A stretch of DNA of 30,256 bases from Rhodospirillales bacterium (lineage in GTDB: Bacteria > Pseudomonadota > Alphaproteobacteria > Rhodospirillales > Defluviicoccaceae): the NCBI GenBank assembly GCA_026125865.1, contig JAHCKI010000001.1:1-30256 (forward strand). The letters run 5' to 3'. Below, in pieces: positions 1 through 8,715 of the stretch. A model generated the notes under the pieces. It did not search any database and had not been told where the DNA came from. It was given only the letters and a program-made list of their open reading frames with translations. The position numbers and the translations under genes were made by a program. Within the stretch, counting starts at the first letter, position 1. Each line of letters starts with the position of its first letter.

Positions 1-1
1 A

Positions 2-940
2 CGCCTGGTGGCGATGGGAGCGCGGGTGACGGCGCTCAGCCTCTACAACGCCTTCGATAGTCAGGGATGGCTCGATACGCTGCCCAAGGAGACCCGCGGC
101 GAAATCCGCTGTGTCCGAGGTGACGTCCGCGATCCCCAGGTGGTGATGGATATCGTCGAGGGACAGGCTTTGGTGTTTCACCTCGCCGCCCTCATCGGGA
201 TTCCCTACTCCTATGCCGCCGCCTGTTCTTACGTCGACGTCAACGTAATCGGTACCCTCAACCTCTTGGAGGCTGCCCGCAAGCATGGCGTCCAACGGCT
301 GATTCATACCTCGACCAGTGAGGTGTACGGCACGGCCCTGCGAACGCCCATCGACGAAGATCATCCGTTGCAGGGGCAGTCTCCCTATTCGGCGAGCAAG
401 ATCGCCGCCGACGCTATGGCCGAATCCTACGCCCGGTCGTTCGCGTTGCCGGTCGTGACGCTGCGGCCGTTCAATACATTCGGCCCGCGCCAGAGCGAGC
501 GCGCCGTCATCCCGACCATCATTCGACAGGCCTTGGATTCCGATTGCGCCGCGATCCGGATCGGTGACGTAACGCCGAAGCGCGACTTCAATTACGTCGG
601 CGATACGGTGGAGGCCTTCCTGGCGATCGCCGGGTCGGACACGATTGATTATGGGCGTGTCTACAACAGCGGCACGGGGGTTGCCGTCAGCATCGGCGAG
701 GTGGTCGACCTGGTTCGAAGGATCACCGGTTCCGACAAGCCGCTCGAAACTGAGGCGAATCGTTTTCGCCCGGAGAACTCGGAAGTCCGTCTGTTGTTGG
801 CCGACGCTTCGCGTTTGCGCGCGGCCACCGGATGGCAGCCGCGAACGACGTTGGAGGCCGGCATAGAGCGAACAGTGGCATGGTGGCGGAACCGTGTTGA
901 TCAAGGGCTGCTCCGTCCCGATGCCGGTTACGCGACATGA
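2..940 (+). CDS. NAD-dependent sugar epimerase/dehydratase (extended SDR), LegB-like nucleotide-sugar 4,6-dehydratase; 5' end lies outside the window
   Basis: FHLAALIGIPYSY, TSTSEVYG, catalytic YSASK, RPFNTFGPRQSERAVIP. The frame is open from position 2 and the GxxGxxG Rossmann motif is absent, so the gene starts upstream. Confidence 0.85.
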   Translation, partial: RLVAMGARVTALSLYNAFDSQGWLDTLPKETRGEIRCVRGDVRDPQVVMDIVEGQALVFHLAALIGIPYSYAAACSYVDVNVIGTLNLLEAARKHGVQRLIHTSTSEVYGTALRTPIDEDHPLQGQSPYSASKIAADAMAESYARSFALPVVTLRPFNTFGPRQSERAVIPTIIRQALDSDCAAIRIGDVTPKRDFNYVGDTVEAFLAIAGSDTIDYGRVYNSGTGVAVSIGEVVDLVRRITGSDKPLETEANRFRPENSEVRLLLADASRLRAATGWQPRTTLEAGIERTVAWWRNRVDQGLLRPDAGYAT

Positions 941-961
941 GCATGGAATACAGGAGACAGC

Positions 962-1429
962 ATGGTGAGCATGGATGTCGGTGATCAAATCCCCCCGTTC
1001 GACCTTCCGACCGATGGCGGTGGCAGGCTTACGCGGGATGACTTCAAAGGAAAGCAGGTGGTCCTCTACTTCTACCCGAAAGACGACACTTCGGGATGCA
1101 CCAAGGAGGCCCGAGCGTTTCGCGACGCCATCGCCGACTTCGACGCCATCCAAACGATGGTGGTCGGCGTCTCCAAGGACAGCGCCGCCAAGCATGACAA
1201 ATTCAAGGCCAAGCACGACCTCACCTTCCCGCTGATTTCCGATGAGGACGGAACGCTGTGCGAGGCCTTTGGAGTCTGGGTCGAAAAGAGCATGTACGGC
1301 AGGAAGTACATGGGCATCGAGCGCGCCACATTCCTCATCGACGGCGACGGAACGATCCGCCGCGTATGGCGTAAGGTCAAGGTCACCGGTCACGTCGACC
1401 AGGTGTTGCAGGTAGCCAAAGGCGAATAG
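962..1429 (+). CDS. bcp: Peroxiredoxin, BCP/PrxQ family
   Basis: VLYFYPKDDTSGCTKEA with peroxidatic Cys; second Cys in GTLCEAFGVW; KSMYGRKYMGIERATFLID. Confidence 0.93.
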   Translation: MVSMDVGDQIPPFDLPTDGGGRLTRDDFKGKQVVLYFYPKDDTSGCTKEARAFRDAIADFDAIQTMVVGVSKDSAAKHDKFKAKHDLTFPLISDEDGTLCEAFGVWVEKSMYGRKYMGIERATFLIDGDGTIRRVWRKVKVTGHVDQVLQVAKGE

Positions 1430-1445
1430 GCCGGTAGGGGATGCC

Positions 1446-2825
1446 ATGGACATGCGGATAGGGGCAGATTTCCTCGACGAGTTGAAAGCGATCGTCGGAG
1501 AGCGGCTGTCGACGGCAAGTGCCGTGCGCGAACACCACGGACACGACGAATCGTTTCATCCGCCGCACCCGCCCGACGTGGTCGTGTTCCCGAACACGAC
1601 CGAAGAGGTATCGGCGATCGTCACCGCCTGTTTTCGTCATCGCGTGCCGGTGATTCCGTTCGGAACGGGAACCGGGATCGAAGGTCAGGTCACGGCCGTC
1701 GAAGGCGGTGTGTGTATCGATCTTTCGCGCATGGATCGCATCCTCGCCGTCCATAGTGCTGACATGGATTGTGTCGTTGAAGCCGGTGTCACCCGCAAGC
1801 GATTGAACGAACACCTCCGCGATACCGGTTTGTTTTTTCCCGTCGATCCCGGCGCGGACGCATCCCTCGGCGGCATGGCAGCGACCCGGGCTTCGGGGAC
1901 CAACGCTGTTCGCTACGGAACCATGCGCGACAATGTGTTGGCGTTGACGGCCGTCATGGCGGACGGAACCGTCATTCATACCGGACGGCGCGCGCGCAAA
2001 TCCTCCACCGGCTATGACGTCACCCATTTGCTCATCGGATCGGAAGGCACGCTCGGCGTCATCACCGAGTTGACACTGCGACTACATCCGGTTCCGGAGG
2101 CGATCGCGGCGGCGGTGGTGTCGTTCACCGCTCTCGGCGATGCCGTCGACACCGTGGTGGCAACCATCCAATCCGCCGTTCCCATCGCCCGCATCGAATT
2201 GTTGGACGAAGTCCAGATGGACGCGGTCAATCGCTACTCCGGCACCGATTACCCGCCGCGGCCAACCTTGTTCCTCGAATTCAACGGCACGACGGCAAGC
2301 GTCCAGGAACAGACGAAAATCGTCAAAGCCATCAGCGCCGACCACGGCGGCGGCGATTTCCATTGGGCGCTGCGACCGGAAGAGCGCAATCGCCTGTGGC
2401 AGGCGCGGCACGACGCCTACTACGCCGCCAAGGCCCTGAAACCAGGTTTCGACGGATGGACCACGGACATCTGCGTGCCCATATCCCGCCTGACCGCCTG
2501 CATCATGGAAACCAAACGGGAAATCGAAGAAAGCGGTTTGACGGCGCCCCTGGTCGGCCATGTGGGCGTCGGCAACTTCCATCTGATCATTCTGACCGAT
2601 CCCGACAAAACCGATGACATGGGCAAGGCGCGGCGATTGCATGAGCGACTGGTCCGGCGCGCCCTGGACATGGAGGGGACATGCTCGGGCGAGCACGGTA
2701 TCGGTCTCGGCAAGTTGGCGTTCATGGCCGCCGAACACGGCCCGGCCCTCGATGTCATGCGCGCGGTCAAGCGCGCCCTCGATCCGAAGAGAATCATGAA
2801 TCCCGGCAAGATCATCGCCGACTGA
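1446..2825 (+). CDS. FAD-linked oxidase, D-lactate dehydrogenase (cytochrome)/GlcD family
   Basis: FPVDPGADASLGGMAATRASGTNAVRYG, GSEGTLGVIT, C-terminal GEHGIG and DPKRIMNPGK. Confidence 0.9.
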   Translation: MDMRIGADFLDELKAIVGERLSTASAVREHHGHDESFHPPHPPDVVVFPNTTEEVSAIVTACFRHRVPVIPFGTGTGIEGQVTAVEGGVCIDLSRMDRILAVHSADMDCVVEAGVTRKRLNEHLRDTGLFFPVDPGADASLGGMAATRASGTNAVRYGTMRDNVLALTAVMADGTVIHTGRRARKSSTGYDVTHLLIGSEGTLGVITELTLRLHPVPEAIAAAVVSFTALGDAVDTVVATIQSAVPIARIELLDEVQMDAVNRYSGTDYPPRPTLFLEFNGTTASVQEQTKIVKAISADHGGGDFHWALRPEERNRLWQARHDAYYAAKALKPGFDGWTTDICVPISRLTACIMETKREIEESGLTAPLVGHVGVGNFHLIILTDPDKTDDMGKARRLHERLVRRALDMEGTCSGEHGIGLGKLAFMAAEHGPALDVMRAVKRALDPKRIMNPGKIIAD

Positions 2826-2870
2826 TCGAGCGCCTCGACGCCCTGGGGCCTATTCCGTTAATCTGTCCAC

Positions 2871-5546
2871 ATGCATCCGGAGCAGATCGCCTCGACATTG
2901 TGGCACGCCCGGTCGGCGGCGGAATCACTCGCCTTGCTGGAAGCCGGCGCCGACGGCTTGTCGACGGCGGAAGCGGATGCGCGCCGCGCCGAGTTCGGGC
3001 GAAATGTCCTGCCGAGGCCGAAACCGCGCGGTGTGCTTCTCGTATATTTCACTCAGTTCAAGAGCCCGCTGATATACCTGTTGCTGGCGGCCGCTGTGGT
3101 CTCGGTCATCATCGGCGAGTTTACCGACGCCGCCTTCGTCTTCGCCGTTCTCCAAATCAACGCGGTCATCGGCACAATTCAGGAGTGGAAGGCGGAATCA
3201 AGCGCCGAAGCGCTACAGGCCTTGATCCACCATCAGGTCGTTGCGCGCCGCGACGGCGTGAACCAGGCGATCGACAGCGACGATTTGGTGCCGGGCGACA
3301 TCATCGCCCTCGAATCCGGGGCCCTGGTTCCCGCCGATGCCCGATTGCTCAAGGAAAATGACGTCAAGGTCGATGAATCCCTGTTGACCGGTGAATCGGT
3401 TCCAGTCGGCCGGGACGCTGAAATTCGACTCGCCGAACAAACCGTTGTCGGCGACCGCCGCACCATGTTGCATGCGGGCACCACGGTCCTCAGCGGCCGC
3501 GCCGAGGCCGTCGTCACGCAGACCGGTTTGCACACCGAAGTCGGTCGGATCGCGCAGGCCCTGGCGGGCACGCGAACGGCGCCGACGCCCTTCGTGGTCA
3601 GGTTGGAGCGCTTTACCCGCGTGGTGGGTTTCGTCGTGATCGCGGCGGTCGCGGTGTTGGCCGCGGCGCTCTACGCCAAGGGCATGGCCGTTGCGGAGAT
3701 TTTCTTTCTCTGCGTGGCGCTCGCCGTCTCGGCCATTCCCGAAGGATTGCCGGTGGCGATCACCGTGGCGCTGACCGTCGCTTCGGCGCGCATGGCGAAA
3801 AGGAATGTCATCGTTCGCCGGCTGCCGGCGGTCGAGGGGCTTGGCGCCTGCACCATCATCGCCAGCGACAAGACCGGCACGCTGACCTGCAACGAACTGA
3901 CCATCAACCGGCTTTGGCTTCCGCAAATCGGCAATGTGCTTGTGCACGGCCGCGGCTACCTGCCCGAGGGCGAGATGGAGATCGATGGCTCTGCTCCCGA
4001 TGAGAACGCGGCGGCGGCGATCAAGCGGATCGCGACGGCGGGAGCACTCGCCAACGAGGCGACCCTGCGATTCGAAAACGGGCAACTGCACCACTTCGGC
4101 GACACGGTCGATGTAGCCTTCCTGACCCTGGCCGGAAAGAACGCGTTGGACCGGCCGACGCTCCTCGATCGGTTCCCGGAAATCGGCGCCGTTCCGTACG
4201 AATCGGCGCGCCGCTATGCGGCCACCTTCAACCGTGACGGCGAGGGCATCCTGGCGCATGTGAAAGGCGCGGCTGAAAAAATTCTGCCCATGTGCGACTG
4301 GATCGATCGCGACGTCATGTTGGCCGAGGCCGATAAAATGGCGGCGGATGGGCTCCGTGTTCTCGCCGTCGCGGTCGGCGAAGTGGACGGCGTCATGACG
4401 CCGGAAGCGGCGGAGGGACGATTAAATGGACTGACGTTTCTCGGCTTTGCCGGTCTCATGGACCCCTTGCGCGAGGAAGTTCCCGATGCGGTCGATCGCT
4501 GCCGGCGGGCCGGTATCGCGGTGCGCATGGTTACCGGCGACCATCCGGTTACGGCGCTGGCCATCGCAAAGCAACTCCAGCTGGCGGAAGGGCCGAGCCA
4601 TGTGGTCGAAGGCGTCGCCCTTCAGGACCTGCAAACCGATCCCGCCGAACAGGACTTGGCCATCGCCGGCGCTTCGGTCTTCGCCAGGGTCGAACCGGTT
4701 CAGAAGCTGGACATCGTGCGATCCCTGCAAAAACAGGGGCATTTCGTCGCCGTCACGGGCGATGGCGTCAACGACGCGCCGGCGCTGCACACCGCCAACA
4801 TAGGCGTGGCCATGGGAAAAGGCGGAACGGACGTCGCCCGCGGCGCCTCCGACCTCATTCTCGCCGACGACAACTTCGCCTCCATCGTCAACGGCGTGGA
4901 GGAAGGGCGAATTGCCTACGACAACATCCGCAAGGTCATCTACCTGCTGATCAGCACCGGCGCCGCCGAGATCGTGCTGTTCATGCTGTGCTTCCTGTTC
5001 GGACTGCCGCTGCCGCTGTTCGCCGTCCAACTGCTGTGGCTCAATCTGGTGACCAACGGCATACAGCATGTGGCGCTGGCGTTCGAGAAGGGCGAGCCCG
5101 GCATTCTCGATCAGCCGCCGCGCCCCCCCAATCAACCGATTTTCGACCGTCGCATGACCGAGCAGGTTCTGCTGTCGGGCGCCTTCATCGGCGTCGTCGG
5201 CTTCGTGTTTTTTCGCTGGGGCATGTCGCAAGGCTGGAGCGAGTTCGGGGCACGCAACGCCTTGCTTCTGCTCATGGTGTGTTTCGAAAATGCCCATGTG
5301 TTCAACTGCCGCTCGGAATGGCGCTCGGTTTTTCGTCTCCGAGTATTCTCGAACCCGATGCTGATGGTGGCGGTGGTTGCGGCGCAGGGCGTCCACCTCG
5401 GCGCGATGTTCGTGCCGGGTTTGCGCGACGTTCTGGACATCCAGCCGATTTCGTTCGAGGGCTGGATCGAGGTTGCCGCTCTTTCAGTCGCCCTCGTCGC
5501 CGTGATGGAAATCTTCAAGTTCCTGCGCCCGCGCCGCCGTGGCTGA
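2871..5546 (+). CDS. Cation-translocating P-type ATPase (P2-type, Ca2+-ATPase-like)
   Basis: TGES, PEGL, phosphorylation motif DKTGTLT, KGA, MVTGD, TGDGVNDAPAL; multiple hydrophobic TM segments. Confidence 0.95.
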   Translation: MHPEQIASTLWHARSAAESLALLEAGADGLSTAEADARRAEFGRNVLPRPKPRGVLLVYFTQFKSPLIYLLLAAAVVSVIIGEFTDAAFVFAVLQINAVIGTIQEWKAESSAEALQALIHHQVVARRDGVNQAIDSDDLVPGDIIALESGALVPADARLLKENDVKVDESLLTGESVPVGRDAEIRLAEQTVVGDRRTMLHAGTTVLSGRAEAVVTQTGLHTEVGRIAQALAGTRTAPTPFVVRLERFTRVVGFVVIAAVAVLAAALYAKGMAVAEIFFLCVALAVSAIPEGLPVAITVALTVASARMAKRNVIVRRLPAVEGLGACTIIASDKTGTLTCNELTINRLWLPQIGNVLVHGRGYLPEGEMEIDGSAPDENAAAAIKRIATAGALANEATLRFENGQLHHFGDTVDVAFLTLAGKNALDRPTLLDRFPEIGAVPYESARRYAATFNRDGEGILAHVKGAAEKILPMCDWIDRDVMLAEADKMAADGLRVLAVAVGEVDGVMTPEAAEGRLNGLTFLGFAGLMDPLREEVPDAVDRCRRAGIAVRMVTGDHPVTALAIAKQLQLAEGPSHVVEGVALQDLQTDPAEQDLAIAGASVFARVEPVQKLDIVRSLQKQGHFVAVTGDGVNDAPALHTANIGVAMGKGGTDVARGASDLILADDNFASIVNGVEEGRIAYDNIRKVIYLLISTGAAEIVLFMLCFLFGLPLPLFAVQLLWLNLVTNGIQHVALAFEKGEPGILDQPPRPPNQPIFDRRMTEQVLLSGAFIGVVGFVFFRWGMSQGWSEFGARNALLLLMVCFENAHVFNCRSEWRSVFRLRVFSNPMLMVAVVAAQGVHLGAMFVPGLRDVLDIQPISFEGWIEVAALSVALVAVMEIFKFLRPRRRG

Positions 5547-5619
5547 ACGGCAAACAGCTCACAACCCCCGTCGCCAAAAGGGTTGGCTCAGGAATGAGTG
5601 ACCTGCACGACCGGCGCGA

Positions 5620-7053
5620 CTATACGGCCGTACCGCCGACGGTCAGGGCATCGACGCGCAGCGTCGGTTGGCCGACGCCGACGGGGACGCCCTGTCCCTC
5701 CTTGCCGCAGGTGCCGATGCCTGGATCGAACTCGGGGTCGTTGCCGACCATAGAGACCTTGGTCAACACGTCGGGACCGTTACCGATAAGCGTCGCTCCC
5801 TTTACCGGCGCGCCGACCTTGCCGTTTTCGATCTTGTAGGCTTCGGTGCAGGAGAACACGAACTTGCCGTTGGTGATGTCGACTTGGCCGCCGCCGAACG
5901 CGACCGCGTATAGACCCCTGTCCACCGAGGCGAGGATTTCCGCCGGATCGTGGTCTCCGGCCAGCATGTAGGTATTGGTCATGCGCGGCATCGGCCGGTG
6001 GGCGAAGCTCTGTCGCCGGCCATTGCCGGTTGAGCGCTGGCCCATCAGCCGGGCGTTCATCCGATCCTGCATGAAACCGACCAGCGTGCCGTCTTCAATG
6101 AGCACGGTGCGTTCCGTCGGGGTGCCCTCATCGTCGATGGTGAGCGAACCGCGCCGGTCGGGAATGGTTCCGTCATCGACGACCGTCACACCGGGAGCCG
6201 CCACCTGCTCTCCCATGAGGCCGGCGAACGCCGAAGTCTGCTTGCGGTTGAAGTCACCTTCGAGGCCGTGACCGATCGCTTCGTGCAATAGGATACCGGG
6301 CCAACCGGAGCCCAGAACGACGGTCATCTCGCCGGCAGGCGGCGGCACCGATTCCAGGTTCACCAGCGCTTGGCGCAACGCGATATCCACCGCTTCCCGC
6401 CAAGTTTCCGGTTGCAGATAGCGGGTGTAGACAACGCGGCCACCGGTCCCGTGAGTTCCCACTTCCCGCCGTCCGTCCTGGTCCACCACCACAGACACAT
6501 TCAGGCGCACCAACGGCCGGATATCGCCGATCGGCGCCTGTTCCGGCCGCACGATTTCCACCACCTGCCATTCGCCGGAAATGGAAACGGAGACTTGGCA
6601 CACCCTGTCGTCACGGCCGCGGGCATAGGCATCGATGTCCGCCAGCAGAGCCACCTTGTCTTGGAACGGCACCAGCGCCAGCGGGTTGTCGTCGCCGTAG
6701 AGCTTGGCATTGGTCCCGATCGGCGCGTCCGCGAAAACGCTGCCATGGCCGGTGCGCACAGCCTGTACCGTTTTCGCCGCTCTCGCCATGGCGTCCTCGT
6801 CGAGCACCGAGGCATGAGCGTATCCCGTCGCCTCGCCAACCACGGCGCGAAGGCCAAATCCCTGCGCGGTGTCGAAGCTCGCAGTCTTCAGCCGGCCGTC
6901 GTCGAACACGAGGCTTTCCGACTGCCGGTATTCCAGAAACATCTCACCGTCATCGGTGCCATGCAGGGCGTCTTGCACGATCGACTGAACGCGATCGCGA
7001 TCAAGGCCCGTGCGGGAAAAGAACAGGTCATCTGCGACGGCGGCGTTGGTCAA
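5620..7053 (-). CDS. tldD: Metalloprotease TldD
   Basis: GILLHEAIGHGLEGDFNRK, PRMTNTYM, CGKEGQGVPVGVGQPTL. Start placed at TTG 7053, 6 nt after AAGGAG (the ORF track extends to 7083). Confidence 0.95.
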   Translation of the reverse strand: MTNAAVADDLFFSRTGLDRDRVQSIVQDALHGTDDGEMFLEYRQSESLVFDDGRLKTASFDTAQGFGLRAVVGEATGYAHASVLDEDAMARAAKTVQAVRTGHGSVFADAPIGTNAKLYGDDNPLALVPFQDKVALLADIDAYARGRDDRVCQVSVSISGEWQVVEIVRPEQAPIGDIRPLVRLNVSVVVDQDGRREVGTHGTGGRVVYTRYLQPETWREAVDIALRQALVNLESVPPPAGEMTVVLGSGWPGILLHEAIGHGLEGDFNRKQTSAFAGLMGEQVAAPGVTVVDDGTIPDRRGSLTIDDEGTPTERTVLIEDGTLVGFMQDRMNARLMGQRSTGNGRRQSFAHRPMPRMTNTYMLAGDHDPAEILASVDRGLYAVAFGGGQVDITNGKFVFSCTEAYKIENGKVGAPVKGATLIGNGPDVLTKVSMVGNDPEFDPGIGTCGKEGQGVPVGVGQPTLRVDALTVGGTAV

Positions 7054-7196
7054 GACAAACTCCTTGGGCGATTGTGGCGGCAATGACGGAAGAATAGATC
7101 CTCCCCTATATGGCGTCGAACACCCTCAAAGTCGAGCCGTTCTGGTTCGCAGCACTCTCCTTTACTCTCGTCGTTATTGCGGACCAACACCGCACC

Positions 7197-7286
7197 CGTA
7201 GCCTGGATTAGCGTAGCGTAATCCGGGACTCGCCGGTGCCACGCCGAGATGTTGCCCCGGATTACGCTACGCTAATCCAGGCTACG
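7197..7286. repeat. Inverted pair of GTAG-type REP-like elements (REPIN-like doublet)
   Basis: 31-bp perfect inverted repeat CGTAGCCTGGATTAGCGTAGCGTAATCCGGG (7197-7227) and its reverse complement (7256-7286), 28-bp spacer. Each arm starts with GTAG followed by an internal imperfect palindrome. Confidence 0.75.
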
Positions 7287-7338
7287 TAACTCTGAGTTGA
7301 CGGCGAGAACTGCAGAGAGGCCCCTGGCGACAAAACAG

Positions 7339-7368
7339 TTGACGGCGGGAGGGCTTGGGGGGTATGCG
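7339..7368 (+). promoter_or_regulatory. Putative sigma70-type promoter for the riboswitch-metZ transcript
   Basis: TTGACG (7339-7344), 18 bp, TATGCG (7363-7368), immediately upstream of the SAM-II aptamer. Confidence 0.45.
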
Positions 7369-7373
7369 AGCCG

Positions 7374-7429
7374 CCGCGTGGTGATTTGACCGACCGGCTT
7401 GCAGCCACGTTAAAGAAATCGCTAAAAGG
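7374..7429 (+). promoter_or_regulatory. SAM-II (SAM_alpha) riboswitch aptamer
   Basis: CGTGGTGATTTGACCGACCGGCTTGCAGCCACGTTAAAGAAATCGCTAAAAGG matches the SAM-II pattern (CGTGG/CCACG stem, GATTT/AAATCGC pseudoknot, GCTAAA); lies upstream of a methionine biosynthesis gene. Confidence 0.9.
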
Positions 7430-7506
7430 TTCGCGTACTCCTGAGCCTCGACCGTTCGCGGTGAGGGTCATGCGTCGGGCCGGATGGCAACAAGGGAGTT
7501 TTGCTC

Positions 7507-8709
7507 ATGGCCCGAGATCTTCGTCACAAGTCATCCTGGCGACCGGCGACACGTCTGATACGCAGCGGCACGCAACGCTCGGCGTTTGATGAAACCTCGG
7601 AAGCCCTATTCCTGACCTCCGGCTACGTCTACGCCTCCGCCGAGGAAGCGGAGGCCTCATTCAACGGGGAGAAGGAGCGCTACGTCTATTCGCGCTTCGC
7701 CAATCCCACCATCGCCATGTTCGAAACCCGTTTGGCCGCGATCGAAGACGCGGCCCATTGCCGGGCGACGGCCACGGGTATGGCGGCGGTGTTTTCGTCC
7801 ATGGCCTGCGCCATCAAGGCCGGCGACCGCGTGGTAGCGTCGCGGGCGCTGTTCGGGTCGTGCCAGTACGTGGTCGCCGAAATTCTTCCCCGCTTCGGCG
7901 TTGAGACAGCGTTTGTCGACGGCGGCGATCTGGGCCAGTGGCGGCGGGCATTGGCCCCCGGCGCCGCCTTCGTCTTCATGGAAACGCCGTCCAATCCGAC
8001 CCTGGACATCATCGACATCGCCGCCGTCTCGGAATTGGCGCACGCGGCCGGAGCCAGGGTCGTCGTCGACAACGTATTCGCCAGCCCCATTCTGCAGAAG
8101 CCGCTGGCGCTGGGCGCCGACATCGTCGTGTATTCGGCGACGAAGCACATCGACGGACAAGGTCGGTGCCTCGGCGGCGCCATCATCACCAATGATAGCG
8201 CATACGAGGAGGAACTCCTGGTGCCGTACATGCGCCACACGGGACCGGCCATCAGCCCGTTCAATGCGTGGCTCCTGTTGAAGGGCCTGGAGACATTGGA
8301 GCTTCGCGTTTCGCGTCACTGCGAGAACGCCGCTGCCGTGGCGGAATTCCTCGCGAATCGCGGCGAAGCCCAACGTGTTCTCTATCCGGGGCTCGCCAGC
8401 CATCCGCAACATGAACTGGCGTCGAAGCAGATGACGGCCGGCGGCAATATCGTTTCATTCGAACTGGCGGGCGGCAAAGCCGCCGCCTTCCGGTTTCTCA
8501 ACGCACTGAGATTGATAGATATTTCCAACAACCTCGGCGACGCCAAGAGCCTCGCCACCCACCCGGCCACGACAACCCATCAACGTCTCTCGGCGGAGGA
8601 ACAGCGCGCCATGGGCATTACCGACGGCCTTGTCCGGATCTCCGTCGGCCTCGAAGACATCGAAGATATCAAGGACGATCTCGATCGGGCGCTGGCTGCA
8701 GCTGAGTAG
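7507..8709 (+). CDS. metZ: O-succinylhomoserine sulfhydrylase
   Basis: ETSEALFLTSGYVY, YSRFANPT, PLP lysine in YSATKHIDGQGR, ISNNLGDAKSLATHPATTTH. ATG 7507 follows AAGGGAG. Confidence 0.93.
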   Translation: MARDLRHKSSWRPATRLIRSGTQRSAFDETSEALFLTSGYVYASAEEAEASFNGEKERYVYSRFANPTIAMFETRLAAIEDAAHCRATATGMAAVFSSMACAIKAGDRVVASRALFGSCQYVVAEILPRFGVETAFVDGGDLGQWRRALAPGAAFVFMETPSNPTLDIIDIAAVSELAHAAGARVVVDNVFASPILQKPLALGADIVVYSATKHIDGQGRCLGGAIITNDSAYEEELLVPYMRHTGPAISPFNAWLLLKGLETLELRVSRHCENAAAVAEFLANRGEAQRVLYPGLASHPQHELASKQMTAGGNIVSFELAGGKAAAFRFLNALRLIDISNNLGDAKSLATHPATTTHQRLSAEEQRAMGITDGLVRISVGLEDIEDIKDDLDRALAAAE

Positions 8710-8715
8710 GCGTGC

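Noticed and set aside
962-1429. BCP lacking the CxxxxC resolving Cys (GCTKEARAF)
   Set aside because: A second Cys in helix 3 (GTLCEAF) fits a known PrxQ subtype.
5620-7053. tldD without tldE/pmbA
   Set aside because: The partner is commonly encoded elsewhere in alphaproteobacteria.
7100-7135. Possible RpoH promoter (CTCGAC-N16-GCCATAT, minus strand) for tldD
   Set aside because: Both boxes deviate from consensus; too weak to report from sequence alone.
1383-8412. Many long antisense or alternative-frame ORFs (e.g. 1383-2027, 3213-4259, 4422-5396, 7657-8412), with similar ones throughout the window
   Set aside because: Shadow ORFs typical of high-GC coding DNA; they overlap well-supported genes and show no recognisable motifs.
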